Of a stretch of DNA of 64,000 bases, positions 17,216 to 26,557 are shown piece after piece (positions within the stretch are counted from its first letter, which is position 1; each line of letters opens with the position of its first letter). The DNA is from a virus: positions 32,001 through 96,000 of the IMG/VR virus record IMGVR_UViG_3300031521_000011; one strand, written 5' to 3'. A program made the translations under genes and the position numbers. A model generated the notes under the pieces. That model saw nothing but the letters and a program-made list of their open reading frames with translations. It was not told where the DNA came from and searched no databases.

Positions 17216-17809
17216 TCACTTTACCTCCGTAATAATGCTGGGCGTATTTATCTTAACAGGCTGGTCTGTGTATTCATAGTATCCTTTATATTCATGATAG
17301 ATGCCGTCGGGGGTGAAGTAAAATACTCCTTCGGAATTTGCTCCATAGGAGCCGTCAACATCTGCAAGCCATTTATTGCGGTAGAGGCCGGTGGAGCCAG
17401 TAGTAATTTCGTAAAATTCACTTTCAGGTGTTAGGTAACTATTTAGATCACTGAGCTTGCCCTCAACAACATCCATTCCCAGGATAGCTCCGCTTTGTGT
17501 GTACTTAATAATATAACCTAGGGGTGGATTTGAAATAGGGCACGGTAAACTGAGTGCTTTTTCGCGCTGGCCATTCACCCAATAAGCACGACGTATCAAA
17601 TTGAAGCGCTCCAAGGAATAGTTGATGTCTGTTGGTGTTGGCTGAGTTTCCTCAAGCGTCTTGGATACAGCGAGTTGATTTTGAGAATCAGAACTGCTGT
17701 TCGTGTCATACTCGCAGGTCTCAGCTGTCAGCATTACGAATGCAATCAGGACAACGAAAATCAACAAGGCTTTCAGAATAGGTCTTCTCTTCATTCTCTT
17801 TCTCCTCAA
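17216..17809 (-). CDS. secreted/lipoprotein-like protein
   Basis: basic N-terminus, hydrophobic helix, then Cys; SLERFNLIRRAYWVNG. Confidence 0.7.
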   Translation of the reverse strand: MRRKRMKRRPILKALLIFVVLIAFVMLTAETCEYDTNSSSDSQNQLAVSKTLEETQPTPTDINYSLERFNLIRRAYWVNGQREKALSLPCPISNPPLGYIIKYTQSGAILGMDVVEGKLSDLNSYLTPESEFYEITTGSTGLYRNKWLADVDGSYGANSEGVFYFTPDGIYHEYKGYYEYTDQPVKINTPSIITEVK

Positions 17810-18345
17810 ATTATATTTTCTGTGTCATCCGGAACCATTGCCGTTATTACGGATACGATGGCTGCGAGATACTTTCTCACTTCCACTCTGTCGCTCTCTT
17901 TTTCTTGCTCAGACAGATTGGTGTATGATGTGGATGCCTGCCGCTTCCACCTTTCGGCCGCCCATGTCGGAATGGTGACACTGCCGTCGTCATTTTCAGT
18001 ACATTTCGAGAATAGGTAATTCATCCAGCCCGACCAGGATTCATGCTCCACTATTCCGCAAGCTTCAATCATTGCGGGAGCATTGAAATAGAGTCTTTCT
18101 GCAAGATCCGATTCCATAATCTTTCTCCTTTCTAGTATTCTTACTGTTTCTCTGACATCTATCATCCGTGCCCCGGCCTCCACCGCCTGCTTCCTCTTGC
18201 GAGCCGTAGTAAGGTCAAAGTGTGGATGGTTCGACTTCTTATTTTGAAACCATTCGCGCCGTAAGTCAATAGCGAGAGCGAATTTTATTAACTCGCTCTC
18301 GCTAGAGTCGGAAACCATGTGACCCATCTGGTCTACGAAAATCAT
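17806..18345 (-). CDS. DUF4031-like domain fused to a RyR-repeat-like domain
   Basis: HMVSD..EL.FA..I.LRREWFQ..HPHFDL; EHESW...Y..LSEQEKESDR. Confidence 0.65.
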   Translation of the reverse strand: MIFVDQMGHMVSDSSESELIKFALAIDLRREWFQNKKSNHPHFDLTTARKRKQAVEAGARMIDVRETVRILERRKIMESDLAERLYFNAPAMIEACGIVEHESWSGWMNYLFSKCTENDDGSVTIPTWAAERWKRQASTSYTNLSEQEKESDRVEVRKYLAAIVSVITAMVPDDTENII

Positions 18346-18614
18346 TCTGACGGCTCCTCTTCGGGACCCTTGATAACCAGGTAGATACCTTCATTGTTTG
18401 CGAATGTCTGGATGAACTCCATATTCAGATTTACAGCAAGAGCCTTAAGCTCATCATTGTATGGGGTAAATCTGAAATACTCTTCACCTATCCTGTATTT
18501 TAGATAGTATCGGATATCATCTTTATTTTCCCTATTCTTATAGACAGTGTCCATGATAAGGTCTTCATATTTTTCCCAAGTAAGGTATATACCAACGCTT
18601 TTCTGTATATCCAT
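18342..18614 (-). CDS. hypothetical protein
   Basis: 90-aa ORF, GGAGG RBS. Confidence 0.65.
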   Translation of the reverse strand: MDIQKSVGIYLTWEKYEDLIMDTVYKNRENKDDIRYYLKYRIGEEYFRFTPYNDELKALAVNLNMEFIQTFANNEGIYLVIKGPEEEPSE

Positions 18615-18616
18615 AT

Positions 18617-19093
18617 CTACGCCTCCGCAGGTGTTGGGTCTCCGGCGATGTGCACATCAATCAGGATGTATTCCATAGGCTTTACGGGAGTGACTTGTCG
18701 ACTCACAATAAAGTACGCATCGCTCTTCCATTTGATTACATCGACGACGGACGTTCCGCCGTATATTTCATACCGGATGGTTATGACTGACGAGGAAAGC
18801 TCCTCGTCAGTCACCTCTGGCACTTGATCATTGTAAAAAAGTCGCAGGGCAACTCTTCTTGCATTGATATCGGGCATTGATTTTTTCCTCCATTGATCTG
18901 CAGTATATTCAACCAAAAGGGGTACACCGATCAGATCATCTATGTAGGTATGTGGGCAGAAGTCCTTCCATTTGATTCCTTCAGACTCCGCCCAGATTTT
19001 GAGTAACTCGAGAGCCTGGTCCGATTCGGCATCTTCGTGCGCAACCATGACGATACACAGTTGTCGAATCCAGAGTTTGAACAGTGGGTTCAT
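18617..19093 (-). CDS. hypothetical protein
   Basis: 158-aa ORF with ATGA overlap with the ligase stop. Confidence 0.65.
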   Translation of the reverse strand: MNPLFKLWIRQLCIVMVAHEDAESDQALELLKIWAESEGIKWKDFCPHTYIDDLIGVPLLVEYTADQWRKKSMPDINARRVALRLFYNDQVPEVTDEELSSSVITIRYEIYGGTSVVDVIKWKSDAYFIVSRQVTPVKPMEYILIDVHIAGDPTPAEA

Positions 19094-21102
19094 TTTATCA
19101 TCTCCAGGAAGTCTGCCTGAGAGATACAGGGGATTCCCAAAGAAACCGCCTTCTCCTGCTTGCTCCCGGCGTTTTCACCCACCAGCACAAACGACGTCTT
19201 CGCCGATACGCTGCCGGATACCTTACCACCATTCTTCTCAACCAGCTCTTCAGCCTCCTTGCGCCCAAGCGTCGGGAGCGTACCGGTCACAACAACAGTT
19301 TTACCTTTAAGAACGCCGTCAGCAACGAGTACTTCATCCTTCGGGCGCACGCCGGCGGCATACATCATGTTGAGCGCATCGATATTCGTCGGGTTATCGA
19401 AGAAGTCCCTGATGGACGTCGCTACGATGTCCCCGATATCCTGAATGCTCATCAGCTCATCATAGGTGGCCTTGAAGACATTGTCAAATGTGCCAAACCT
19501 CTTGGCAAGCCGTTTTGCAGTTCCCTCTCCGGAGTTGGGCATGCCCAGCGCATAAATGAAGTGCTTGAGGTCCGGATTTTTCGCAGCTTCGATTGCCGCC
19601 AGCAACTTCTCAACCTTCCGCACACCCACCCCTGCAAGCTGACACATTTCATCCTTGTAGGTATGCAGATAGAAGATCGAATCGATGCCCTTCAGCATGC
19701 CGGCATTGAACAACAATTTGATCGTTTGCTCACTGAGGCCGTCGATATCAAGGCAATCCTTGGATGCCAGGTGTGTCATCGCACCGACGATTTGCGGAGG
19801 ACAGCTCAGTGTATTGCTGCAGAATATATGCGCACCAAACTCAATAACTGCAGCTCCGCAGGCCGGGCAGACGACAGGAACAATTACATTCCTCTCAACA
19901 TTAGAATCGATGCCGGCATCATTCGGTGCGGAACCCATGATCTCGGGGATGACGTCGTTGCTACGGCGGATCCACACCCGTCCATTGATCTTTACTTGCT
20001 TTCTCTCAACGTCGCCAGCGTTGTTAAGCGTCGCCCGGCGGATGGTTGCGCCACCAATATCAATCGGGTCCACTTCGGCGACAGGTGTCAGCTTGCCTGT
20101 GTGGCCGACTTCCCATACAACATCGCGTATCGTGGTGATAAGCTCTTCAGCCTCGAACTTCCAAGCGATGGCCCACCGGGGATACCTGTTTGTCCACCCA
20201 AGAACATCGCGCGTGGGGAAGTCGATAACCTTGATAACGGCTCCGTCGATGAGATAATCCAGACCACTCCTCTGTTTTTGCAGTCCATCAATTTCCTCGA
20301 TGATTTGCTCGATGCTACCGGTGGCCTTTAGGAAGCGGTTGGTGGGGAATTTGTTCCAGCGCAGGAACTCCATCATGTCCATATGGCCGTTCATTACGCC
20401 GCCGGTTGGGCTCATGGCATTCGGGAGGTCAATGTAGTTGACGTTATAGAAGAACGCCCTGATCCCCCGGGCGGCCGTTTCTTTAGGGTTGAGATTGCGA
20501 ATCGCGCCGGCCACGGCGTTCCGTGCATTCTTCAATTGCGACTCTGACTTGGCGTTATATGCGGCCAGCGCTGACAATGGCATATACGCCTCTCCCTGAG
20601 CCTCTAGGAGCCCTTTGTACGGTATCGAAAGAGGAACCGTCTTAATGGTCTTGACCTGCTCCAGAACGCACTCTCCGGTCTCGCCGTCGCCCCTGGTGGT
20701 AGCCTGAATGAGATTGCCCTCATTGTATGTGAGATTGATTGTCAACCCATCGAACTTCATCTCAAGAGCATACTGAACCTTTGGAAGATTGTACTCCACT
20801 GCAGTGGCTTCAATCTTGGCAGCCCATGAGCGCAGGTCATCAATCGTCCGGACCTTATCAAGGCTATAGAGCGGTGCGAGATGTTTGTGCTGCTGGAACC
20901 CTGTCAGTGTAGCGCCGCCCACACGCTGGGTCGGTGAGTTCGGAAGGAAGTAGCCAAGTTCGGCTTCCATTTTCAGGAGGTCATCGAATTTCTTGTCATA
21001 CTCTGCATCCGACACTCTTGGCTCGTCGAGCACATAGTACCGATACGCCAGGTCATTGAGTTCATCGACGAGTAGTGCCATTGCCTCTGCCATTGGTTTC
21101 AT
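19090..21102 (-). CDS. ligA: NAD-dependent DNA ligase
   Basis: YYVLDEP.VSDAEYD, KFDG adenylation motif, TRGDG, PRWAIAWKF, Zn finger, HhH, C-terminal BRCT. Confidence 0.97.
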   Translation of the reverse strand: MKPMAEAMALLVDELNDLAYRYYVLDEPRVSDAEYDKKFDDLLKMEAELGYFLPNSPTQRVGGATLTGFQQHKHLAPLYSLDKVRTIDDLRSWAAKIEATAVEYNLPKVQYALEMKFDGLTINLTYNEGNLIQATTRGDGETGECVLEQVKTIKTVPLSIPYKGLLEAQGEAYMPLSALAAYNAKSESQLKNARNAVAGAIRNLNPKETAARGIRAFFYNVNYIDLPNAMSPTGGVMNGHMDMMEFLRWNKFPTNRFLKATGSIEQIIEEIDGLQKQRSGLDYLIDGAVIKVIDFPTRDVLGWTNRYPRWAIAWKFEAEELITTIRDVVWEVGHTGKLTPVAEVDPIDIGGATIRRATLNNAGDVERKQVKINGRVWIRRSNDVIPEIMGSAPNDAGIDSNVERNVIVPVVCPACGAAVIEFGAHIFCSNTLSCPPQIVGAMTHLASKDCLDIDGLSEQTIKLLFNAGMLKGIDSIFYLHTYKDEMCQLAGVGVRKVEKLLAAIEAAKNPDLKHFIYALGMPNSGEGTAKRLAKRFGTFDNVFKATYDELMSIQDIGDIVATSIRDFFDNPTNIDALNMMYAAGVRPKDEVLVADGVLKGKTVVVTGTLPTLGRKEAEELVEKNGGKVSGSVSAKTSFVLVGENAGSKQEKAVSLGIPCISQADFLEMIK

Positions 21103-21488
21103 TGTTGTTCCTCCTCAATTTTACATCCAGCAGCTTTCATAATGCGAAGCCACTTTTCTTCAGTAGTATGACCATCCCAGTTGGACTTTTCCATCTTGCG
21201 AAGATTTCCGAGATCAAAACTGTCCGGGATATGGAATGTTATCTCTCCGCCATTCAGACTTATAACCCTTAACCATCCGGCCCACGATGGATCATCGGCA
21301 TGGTCTTCATCGTAGTACCAACCTGGGCGCGCCGAGTCATCTGCTGGCCTGCAGCATTCATCCGCCCATAGGTTTGCTTCAACAGCCATTGCCAATGCCA
21401 ACATATTTCTTTCCCAATAAGCGAGGTCTAGGGCTTGTTTGGCGCTTAGATCCTTATTCCAGGTCGTTATTACTTTTGGAATTTTCAT
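21099..21488 (-). CDS. conserved phage hypothetical protein
   Basis: 129 aa; AAGGAGGG RBS abutting the promoter motif. Confidence 0.7.
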   Translation of the reverse strand: MKIPKVITTWNKDLSAKQALDLAYWERNMLALAMAVEANLWADECCRPADDSARPGWYYDEDHADDPSWAGWLRVISLNGGEITFHIPDSFDLGNLRKMEKSNWDGHTTEEKWLRIMKAAGCKIEEEQQ

Positions 21489-21499
21489 ATTCGCCCTCC

Positions 21500-21514
21500 T
21501 TTTATCTCTTATAC
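21500..21514 (-). promoter_or_regulatory. phage promoter GTATAAGAGATAAAA
   Basis: consensus match directly abutting the RBS. Confidence 0.75.
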
Positions 21515-21521
21515 TAAAGGT

Positions 21522-22076
21522 TTACTCTTTCTCGCTGTCAAGATATTCATTGCAGTCTTTTGGCAGCACGCAGATAGTGGCTTCAGGAGCATTTTCTTCA
21601 ATGAGTTTACGGACGATTTTCCAATCTCCTCCGGCCAGCCCGCAGCCAAGCCTGAAAGGTAAATAGAGAGGGAGGTCCAACTTGCGGGAAAGCTCCGCTA
21701 CAGTGCGAAGACATTTCGTCAATGCATCATAATCTGTCGCCACGCCAGACTGTGCGAATACACTCACTCCGGAATCCAGGTCAATTACTACATTGTCTTC
21801 GACCATCTTATTAAGAATTTTCTTAAAGTCAGTGATTCCATCCTGCGCTGCCATGTTGGCGATACAAAGATCGTTTTCAACAGCGACTGTGAGTACTACG
21901 CCGAGCTTTAAATCACCGCTCTCATAAAACTGATGATACTGCTCATATGCGTATGGGTACATTCTGCGGATCTGCAGCGCCAGGCCACCGCCCATGACGC
22001 CGATACAGTTAACCTGATGGCCAATGATTCCTCTTTTGTTGTCGAGGATGTTTCTTATTACAACATGGTTTTTCAT
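21522..22076 (-). CDS. macrodomain (ADP-ribose binding/hydrolase) protein
   Basis: IGHQVNCIGVMGGGLALQI, TDYDAL and PFRLGCGLAGGDW motifs. Confidence 0.9.
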   Translation of the reverse strand: MKNHVVIRNILDNKRGIIGHQVNCIGVMGGGLALQIRRMYPYAYEQYHQFYESGDLKLGVVLTVAVENDLCIANMAAQDGITDFKKILNKMVEDNVVIDLDSGVSVFAQSGVATDYDALTKCLRTVAELSRKLDLPLYLPFRLGCGLAGGDWKIVRKLIEENAPEATICVLPKDCNEYLDSEKE

Positions 22077-22126
22077 CTTTCCTCCTAAAAAATAAGGGCC
22101 CCTGGCGGGGCCCTGGAATGCAGGTG

Positions 22127-22741
22127 TTACAGTTGCTGTGTCTGCCGCTCAATGACATCCTTACGGATATCGTCGAACTGCTTGCAGTTGAGAGCGAAAT
22201 TATCTTCAGAGAGAATGACGTAATCCGACATGGATGGAGGAATAAACTCCTCATTCTCCACAGCATTGATGAGGCGTTCGATAGCCAGTCGATGCCTGAT
22301 ATGCTCACATGACATACTGCGAGACTTGTCTGCCAACATGTGCCTAAGACAAGTCTCGGCTGAAGCATAGAGGAATATTCTGACAATCATGCACTCTTTG
22401 GAATTGAATACTTGTTTCATTGCCGCTGCCCCTACCCGCTCCATCACGATGCAAATTTCGTCATGCTGCTGGAGTTTTTCTTCAACTTCATTTTTGGATG
22501 TGCCATACATGTAGTTGTTGTAAGGAGCTGTTTCTACAAAAAGTTCTTGTCTTTCCATGAGATCAAAAGCATAATTCCCCTTAACAAAATGATAGTTAAC
22601 CCCGTCAACTTCACCCAGGCGCATCGGGCGAGACGTATGACTGATCAGCTCGCCCATGCCATATGTAGGCTTGATATATTCATTTACCAGTGTGGTCTTG
22701 CCGGATCCAGATGGACCCACAATGATGTAGATTGTCTTCAT
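22127..22741 (-). CDS. gmk: guanylate kinase
   Basis: GPSGSGKTT, SHTSRPMRLGEVDGVNYHFV and YGT motifs. Confidence 0.9.
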   Translation of the reverse strand: MKTIYIIVGPSGSGKTTLVNEYIKPTYGMGELISHTSRPMRLGEVDGVNYHFVKGNYAFDLMERQELFVETAPYNNYMYGTSKNEVEEKLQQHDEICIVMERVGAAAMKQVFNSKECMIVRIFLYASAETCLRHMLADKSRSMSCEHIRHRLAIERLINAVENEEFIPPSMSDYVILSEDNFALNCKQFDDIRKDVIERQTQQL

Positions 22742-23172
22742 TTACTTACCCTCTCAAATATATTCCCACAGGTATAACACTCACAAAAATTTGGTTGATT
22801 AGCTACTGCTCCGCAAAGTTCCTCATTACAGACAGGGCATGGAGGAAAGTTTACTTTCCTTAGTTTACCCCGGCCGGCAGCCAGTTTAAACATTGCCGTT
22901 ACAGGTGGAGCATAATATGGAATGAAATGCCTTTTTTTGGTTCGCTTTTTGTCATATCGAGGTTCTGCTTTTTCATATCCCTCAACAAGATATCTGGCGC
23001 CCGGTGTTGGTTTAGGATTATACTTGTCTTGGTGTCTAAACCATGACAGGCCAAGCCTATCTATCACATCTTTGGGTTTTTCTCCAGGCTGGATAACGCA
23101 AATTACTTTGCCTTCCATTTTGGTTCTATGACTTCTAGATATCCATGTGACGGCTTGGCCTATAATATCCAT
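22738..23172 (-). CDS. hypothetical protein with C-terminal Zn ribbon
   Basis: CPVC...CYTC. Confidence 0.65.
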   Translation of the reverse strand: MDIIGQAVTWISRSHRTKMEGKVICVIQPGEKPKDVIDRLGLSWFRHQDKYNPKPTPGARYLVEGYEKAEPRYDKKRTKKRHFIPYYAPPVTAMFKLAAGRGKLRKVNFPPCPVCNEELCGAVANQPNFCECYTCGNIFERVSK

Positions 23173-23177
23173 GTATA

Positions 23178-23438
23178 TTACTCCTCTATCAGGAATCGTT
23201 CTCTGAAAACCGGATTCAATGTATCAATACATAAGTTGAGGACATTGATAAACTGTGCTTCATCCTTATCGATCAAGTTCCTCGTAATCGATGCAATGGC
23301 GTCATGGCCAGCCCAGTCGAGCTGAAGGGCCTTTTCTTCACTTAAGCCGAGAAGCAGATCAAGGGTAACAATAACGCATAGCCTGCCTTCTTCATTTTCC
23401 TTAAAAAGCCTCATTACCTCACTGAACAAACTATTCAT
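23178..23438 (-). CDS. hypothetical protein
   Basis: start MNSLF after GGAGG. Confidence 0.6.
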   Translation of the reverse strand: MNSLFSEVMRLFKENEEGRLCVIVTLDLLLGLSEEKALQLDWAGHDAIASITRNLIDKDEAQFINVLNLCIDTLNPVFRERFLIEE

Positions 23439-23439
23439 G

Positions 23440-23736
23440 TCAGTCCTCCGGCATGATAAGCATAATCGTTGATCCGTTATCAATTGCCTCAAAGGCCATA
23501 TCTCCATATATTACGCTTTGATGATAACAAGCTCCTTCTGGACTGTCAACCCGCTCTTGAATCAAGCTAACAATTTTAGTTACGAATGATACCATCGATT
23601 CTCCTTCCAGTAAAGGAGTCATCGTGTTGGTGAAATTGTCAGAGAGGGTAATTCCTGATTGATATCGAATAGGGTCAAAGTCTGCGGTTTTGCAGCCCCC
23701 TTCCTGTGGCTTTAGGCGTAGTTCAGGCATGGTCAA
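23440..23736 (-). CDS. hypothetical protein
   Basis: 98-aa ORF in an operon. Confidence 0.6.
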   Translation of the reverse strand: MTMPELRLKPQEGGCKTADFDPIRYQSGITLSDNFTNTMTPLLEGESMVSFVTKIVSLIQERVDSPEGACYHQSVIYGDMAFEAIDNGSTIMLIMPED

Positions 23737-24104
23737 TCCCTTTCTTCATATTGTAATTTTTCTCCGCATCTGATTGCTCCAAAGTGAGTGTTTAGGTATT
23801 TTGAGAGGAGATGCCTGTGGCAGAATTGTCCAGGTATACAATAACAGGCAAGATGATATGTTGCCTCTTTATCTGGAAAAACCTCTTCAAAGATACCCAT
23901 GGTGAGAGCCCTATTGAGAATGTCAAAATATCTTTTCTCATATTCATCTGCCGTAATTTTCCCCTTCTTTACCTTGTTCACCATGTCCCAGGTAGGGGAC
24001 AGTGTCCGTGCATGTCCAGATGCACTCGCTGCCGTGATATCAATTACATTAGGTAGATTCAAGATGTTGGCAACCGATATTTGGACCGTGTAAACTTTCA
24101 TCAT
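23733..24104 (-). CDS. DUF488-like protein
   Basis: LSPTWDM, YEKRY and LACYC..GQFCHRHLL motifs. Confidence 0.7.
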   Translation of the reverse strand: MMKVYTVQISVANILNLPNVIDITAASASGHARTLSPTWDMVNKVKKGKITADEYEKRYFDILNRALTMGIFEEVFPDKEATYHLACYCIPGQFCHRHLLSKYLNTHFGAIRCGEKLQYEERD

Positions 24105-24134
24105 TACTCCTTTCATGTCAAAAAATAACAATAA

Positions 24135-24161
24135 GTGCTGACAGCAAAAAGCTGTCAGCAC
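24135..24161 (-). terminator. hairpin/terminator after the PARP gene, lying just downstream of a phage promoter
   Basis: GTGCTGACAGC/GCTGTCAGCAC 11-bp stem with a T-rich tail. Confidence 0.65.
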
Positions 24162-24168
24162 TACATAC

Positions 24169-24183
24169 TTTTATTACTTATAC
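24169..24183 (-). promoter_or_regulatory. phage promoter GTATAAGTAATAAAA
   Basis: exact consensus. Confidence 0.75.
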
Positions 24184-24187
24184 CAGA

Positions 24188-25555
24188 TTATCTGTTGGTG
24201 GAGGCAAATTCGATGATATATCGAATAGCTTGCTGACCGCTATCATATACGATGAATTCATTGTGCAATAGACTGCTTCCTGCAACTCCCTTGACACTAT
24301 CAAATCCGGAAGGCGCCTTGAGATGGTAAACGGAGTTTCGCTCCTCTTTGATCCTTCCGCAGGCGACGTCGGCGACGAATAGGAAGGCAGTGGGATGGGC
24401 ATTTTGACGACCACCGAAGCGGCTGCACGCATACTGGGTAGATTTAGTCGATTGATCAGCGAAATAGATTCCAGGTCCAAACATTGCTCCAGTGATATAC
24501 ACCCCCGACAATTGTGTTGGGAGCTTAAGGAAAGAGGAGAGAATCCCGGGCAGGTTGGCCGTTCTTGAGCCATGAAAAAGTTCTTTGACATTACCAATTC
24601 CCTCCTTGAATGCCGGCGCACGCTTCTGCTTTACGCCGAACATATTGACAGCGCTTAGCTTGACGGAGTGATGGTTGCTCTGGGAGTTGATCATATAGTC
24701 CTCCAGATGCCGCCATAGACCTGAACCACGTGGAATCGCCCAAAGATCACTATACAAGGAATCGTAGCGTTTGTCGATATCGTCGCTGACGATGACATCC
24801 TCCATGCGCAGGGAGTCCTCATAAAATTTCAACAGATCAAGCTCCATGCTGATTTTGTCATCATTACCGATGAGGACATCTTCCAGACTTATTTTCCTGC
24901 TGCCGAACGAGCGGGGAATAATGCGGCGATACTGCTCCGATAAACTCTGAATCATTGGAGCATCATGTATCTTGATGGACTTCGCAATCTCCTCAAGCGC
25001 TGCCCGGCCCATGCCGATTTGTTTATTACTGAGCTTACCAAGCGGAGCTTTCTGGTCTAGTGTGGCCTGACCATTAATGAATGAAGAAAGGGCTGCTCCG
25101 CTTTCATCGAAGATGTGTTGCACGAACTTCCGGACCTCAGGCTCAAGATTGCTCCGGTTTTCTGCTTTAATGGTAGTTGGGGCAGCAATGACTTCATTGG
25201 CGTCAATCATCTTCTGGGCTTCGGCGCTGCCAGTGGAACTCTGTGCCAGCTCGATCTCCACGTATCCCTTCTTGGTCTTTTCATGGACGATTGCACTGAA
25301 TTCCGAGCGAGCCAGACTTGCAGAGATGCCAGAGTTGCCACGCACCTGTTTTGTGGACGTTACCCCAAGCCTTCCGTATTCAGAGAAAATCCTATAGACA
25401 CCATTAGCTCCCTCATGAAGTTCAATGGTGTAGTATTTGTTCGAGTTTACGCCCACCTCAAAGAAGTTTAAGGTCTTTTTATCCACGACCTTATAGGACG
25501 AGAATGGGCTCCCCACATCCAAGTGAGGAGCCCAGTTAAGTGCGCTTAGTCCCAT
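24188..25555 (-). CDS. PARP-family ADP-ribosyltransferase (WGR + regulatory + catalytic domains)
   Basis: WGR-like KYY.IEL...YGRLG...KTKKGY; PLGKLS regulatory motif; H-Y-E triad in LFHGSR / GAMFGPGIYFA..STKS.QY / HNEFIVYD. Confidence 0.92.
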   Translation of the reverse strand: MGLSALNWAPHLDVGSPFSSYKVVDKKTLNFFEVGVNSNKYYTIELHEGANGVYRIFSEYGRLGVTSTKQVRGNSGISASLARSEFSAIVHEKTKKGYVEIELAQSSTGSAEAQKMIDANEVIAAPTTIKAENRSNLEPEVRKFVQHIFDESGAALSSFINGQATLDQKAPLGKLSNKQIGMGRAALEEIAKSIKIHDAPMIQSLSEQYRRIIPRSFGSRKISLEDVLIGNDDKISMELDLLKFYEDSLRMEDVIVSDDIDKRYDSLYSDLWAIPRGSGLWRHLEDYMINSQSNHHSVKLSAVNMFGVKQKRAPAFKEGIGNVKELFHGSRTANLPGILSSFLKLPTQLSGVYITGAMFGPGIYFADQSTKSTQYACSRFGGRQNAHPTAFLFVADVACGRIKEERNSVYHLKAPSGFDSVKGVAGSSLLHNEFIVYDSGQQAIRYIIEFASTNR

Positions 25556-25556
25556 G

Positions 25557-26330
25557 TTAGCCTCCAAATCCATCCTTTACAGAGTGAGGGCCGTCGATGC
25601 CGAGGAAGGTTGCTTCGGTGATTGGGGTAAGTGGTGCCGCGCAGGTATCGATTTCTACTGCAGTGACAGAGGGCGCTGTAAGGGCGGGCACAGGGCAATC
25701 CACAATCTTCTTGTAGAGTACATTCTCCCGATAGCGCCGCGCTTCCTTCTGAAGTATCTTGTAGAACAAGATTTCCTTACCAAGCTCTACGTCCTGCACG
25801 TTGTTGGCTTGGCACCTTATCTTCCTGATATGGAGCTTGCCATCGAATCCGTAGTATTTTGCTACGGTAACAGGACCACTTGTGAAATATTCGACAATCG
25901 GAAGAGCAGCCATCAGTATTTGTACGTTCTGATATTTCTTCGGGATCTCAATCTGTGTGCCGCCCATTGGGACAACATGCTGAGCAGCCCTAAATTCCGG
26001 CTTGATGTCGGGTAATTCTTTTTCAATGATCTCGTATTGGGCAGGATTCTGATATCTTATGGAGCGGCTGCCGGCCTGACGAATGATGCCAATGTCGCCA
26101 GTTTCCTCAACTTGCGCGAGCAAGTACTCACAATCGGGCTCAAGGAGGTCGGCGCGTTCAACGCCCTTGCATCCCGTTATCTTGATAGAGTCGTCCTGGA
26201 AGTCTTTAGGGGACAGAATCAACACGGTTCTGTTTTTGAGCCATCTGTTGAGATCAAAGCCACCTGCGTCAATGACTTTGGCTTTGTCGCCGGGGACCAG
26301 CTTCTGAATGTCGAGTGTAGTGTCGCACAT
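25557..26330 (-). CDS. hypothetical protein
   Basis: 257-aa ORF, AAAGGAG RBS. Confidence 0.7.
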   Translation of the reverse strand: MCDTTLDIQKLVPGDKAKVIDAGGFDLNRWLKNRTVLILSPKDFQDDSIKITGCKGVERADLLEPDCEYLLAQVEETGDIGIIRQAGSRSIRYQNPAQYEIIEKELPDIKPEFRAAQHVVPMGGTQIEIPKKYQNVQILMAALPIVEYFTSGPVTVAKYYGFDGKLHIRKIRCQANNVQDVELGKEILFYKILQKEARRYRENVLYKKIVDCPVPALTAPSVTAVEIDTCAAPLTPITEATFLGIDGPHSVKDGFGG

Positions 26331-26474
26331 GGGTGAGAGTGCTCCTTTCTTTATTTTGGAAATTTTAGAAACGAAAAAAGCGGTTCTATTTGCGCTTCAT
26401 AGAAACCATCTGCCTTTCCTATTTTATATCTTGTGTCATAGCCATTTTCCTTTTTTTTCCATTTCCGTCTTTAA

Positions 26475-26503
26475 TTGCAGGTATGAGTCAAATCGATTAT
26501 AAT
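26475..26503 (+). promoter_or_regulatory. sigmaA-type promoter
   Basis: TTGCAG-17bp-TATAAT. Confidence 0.7.
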
Positions 26504-26557
26504 GAACTGAGTAAAAAGCATTATACCACAAAACAATCCACAGTTGGAGGAGTTAAA

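Noticed and set aside
19084-20331. 415-aa plus-strand ORF
   Set aside because: Antisense shadow of the conserved ligA, with no RBS, promoter or recognisable motifs
26421-26436. Degenerate phage promoter (ACACAAGATATAAAA) upstream of 25557..26330
   Set aside because: Lacks the otherwise invariant GTATA core, so it was not counted
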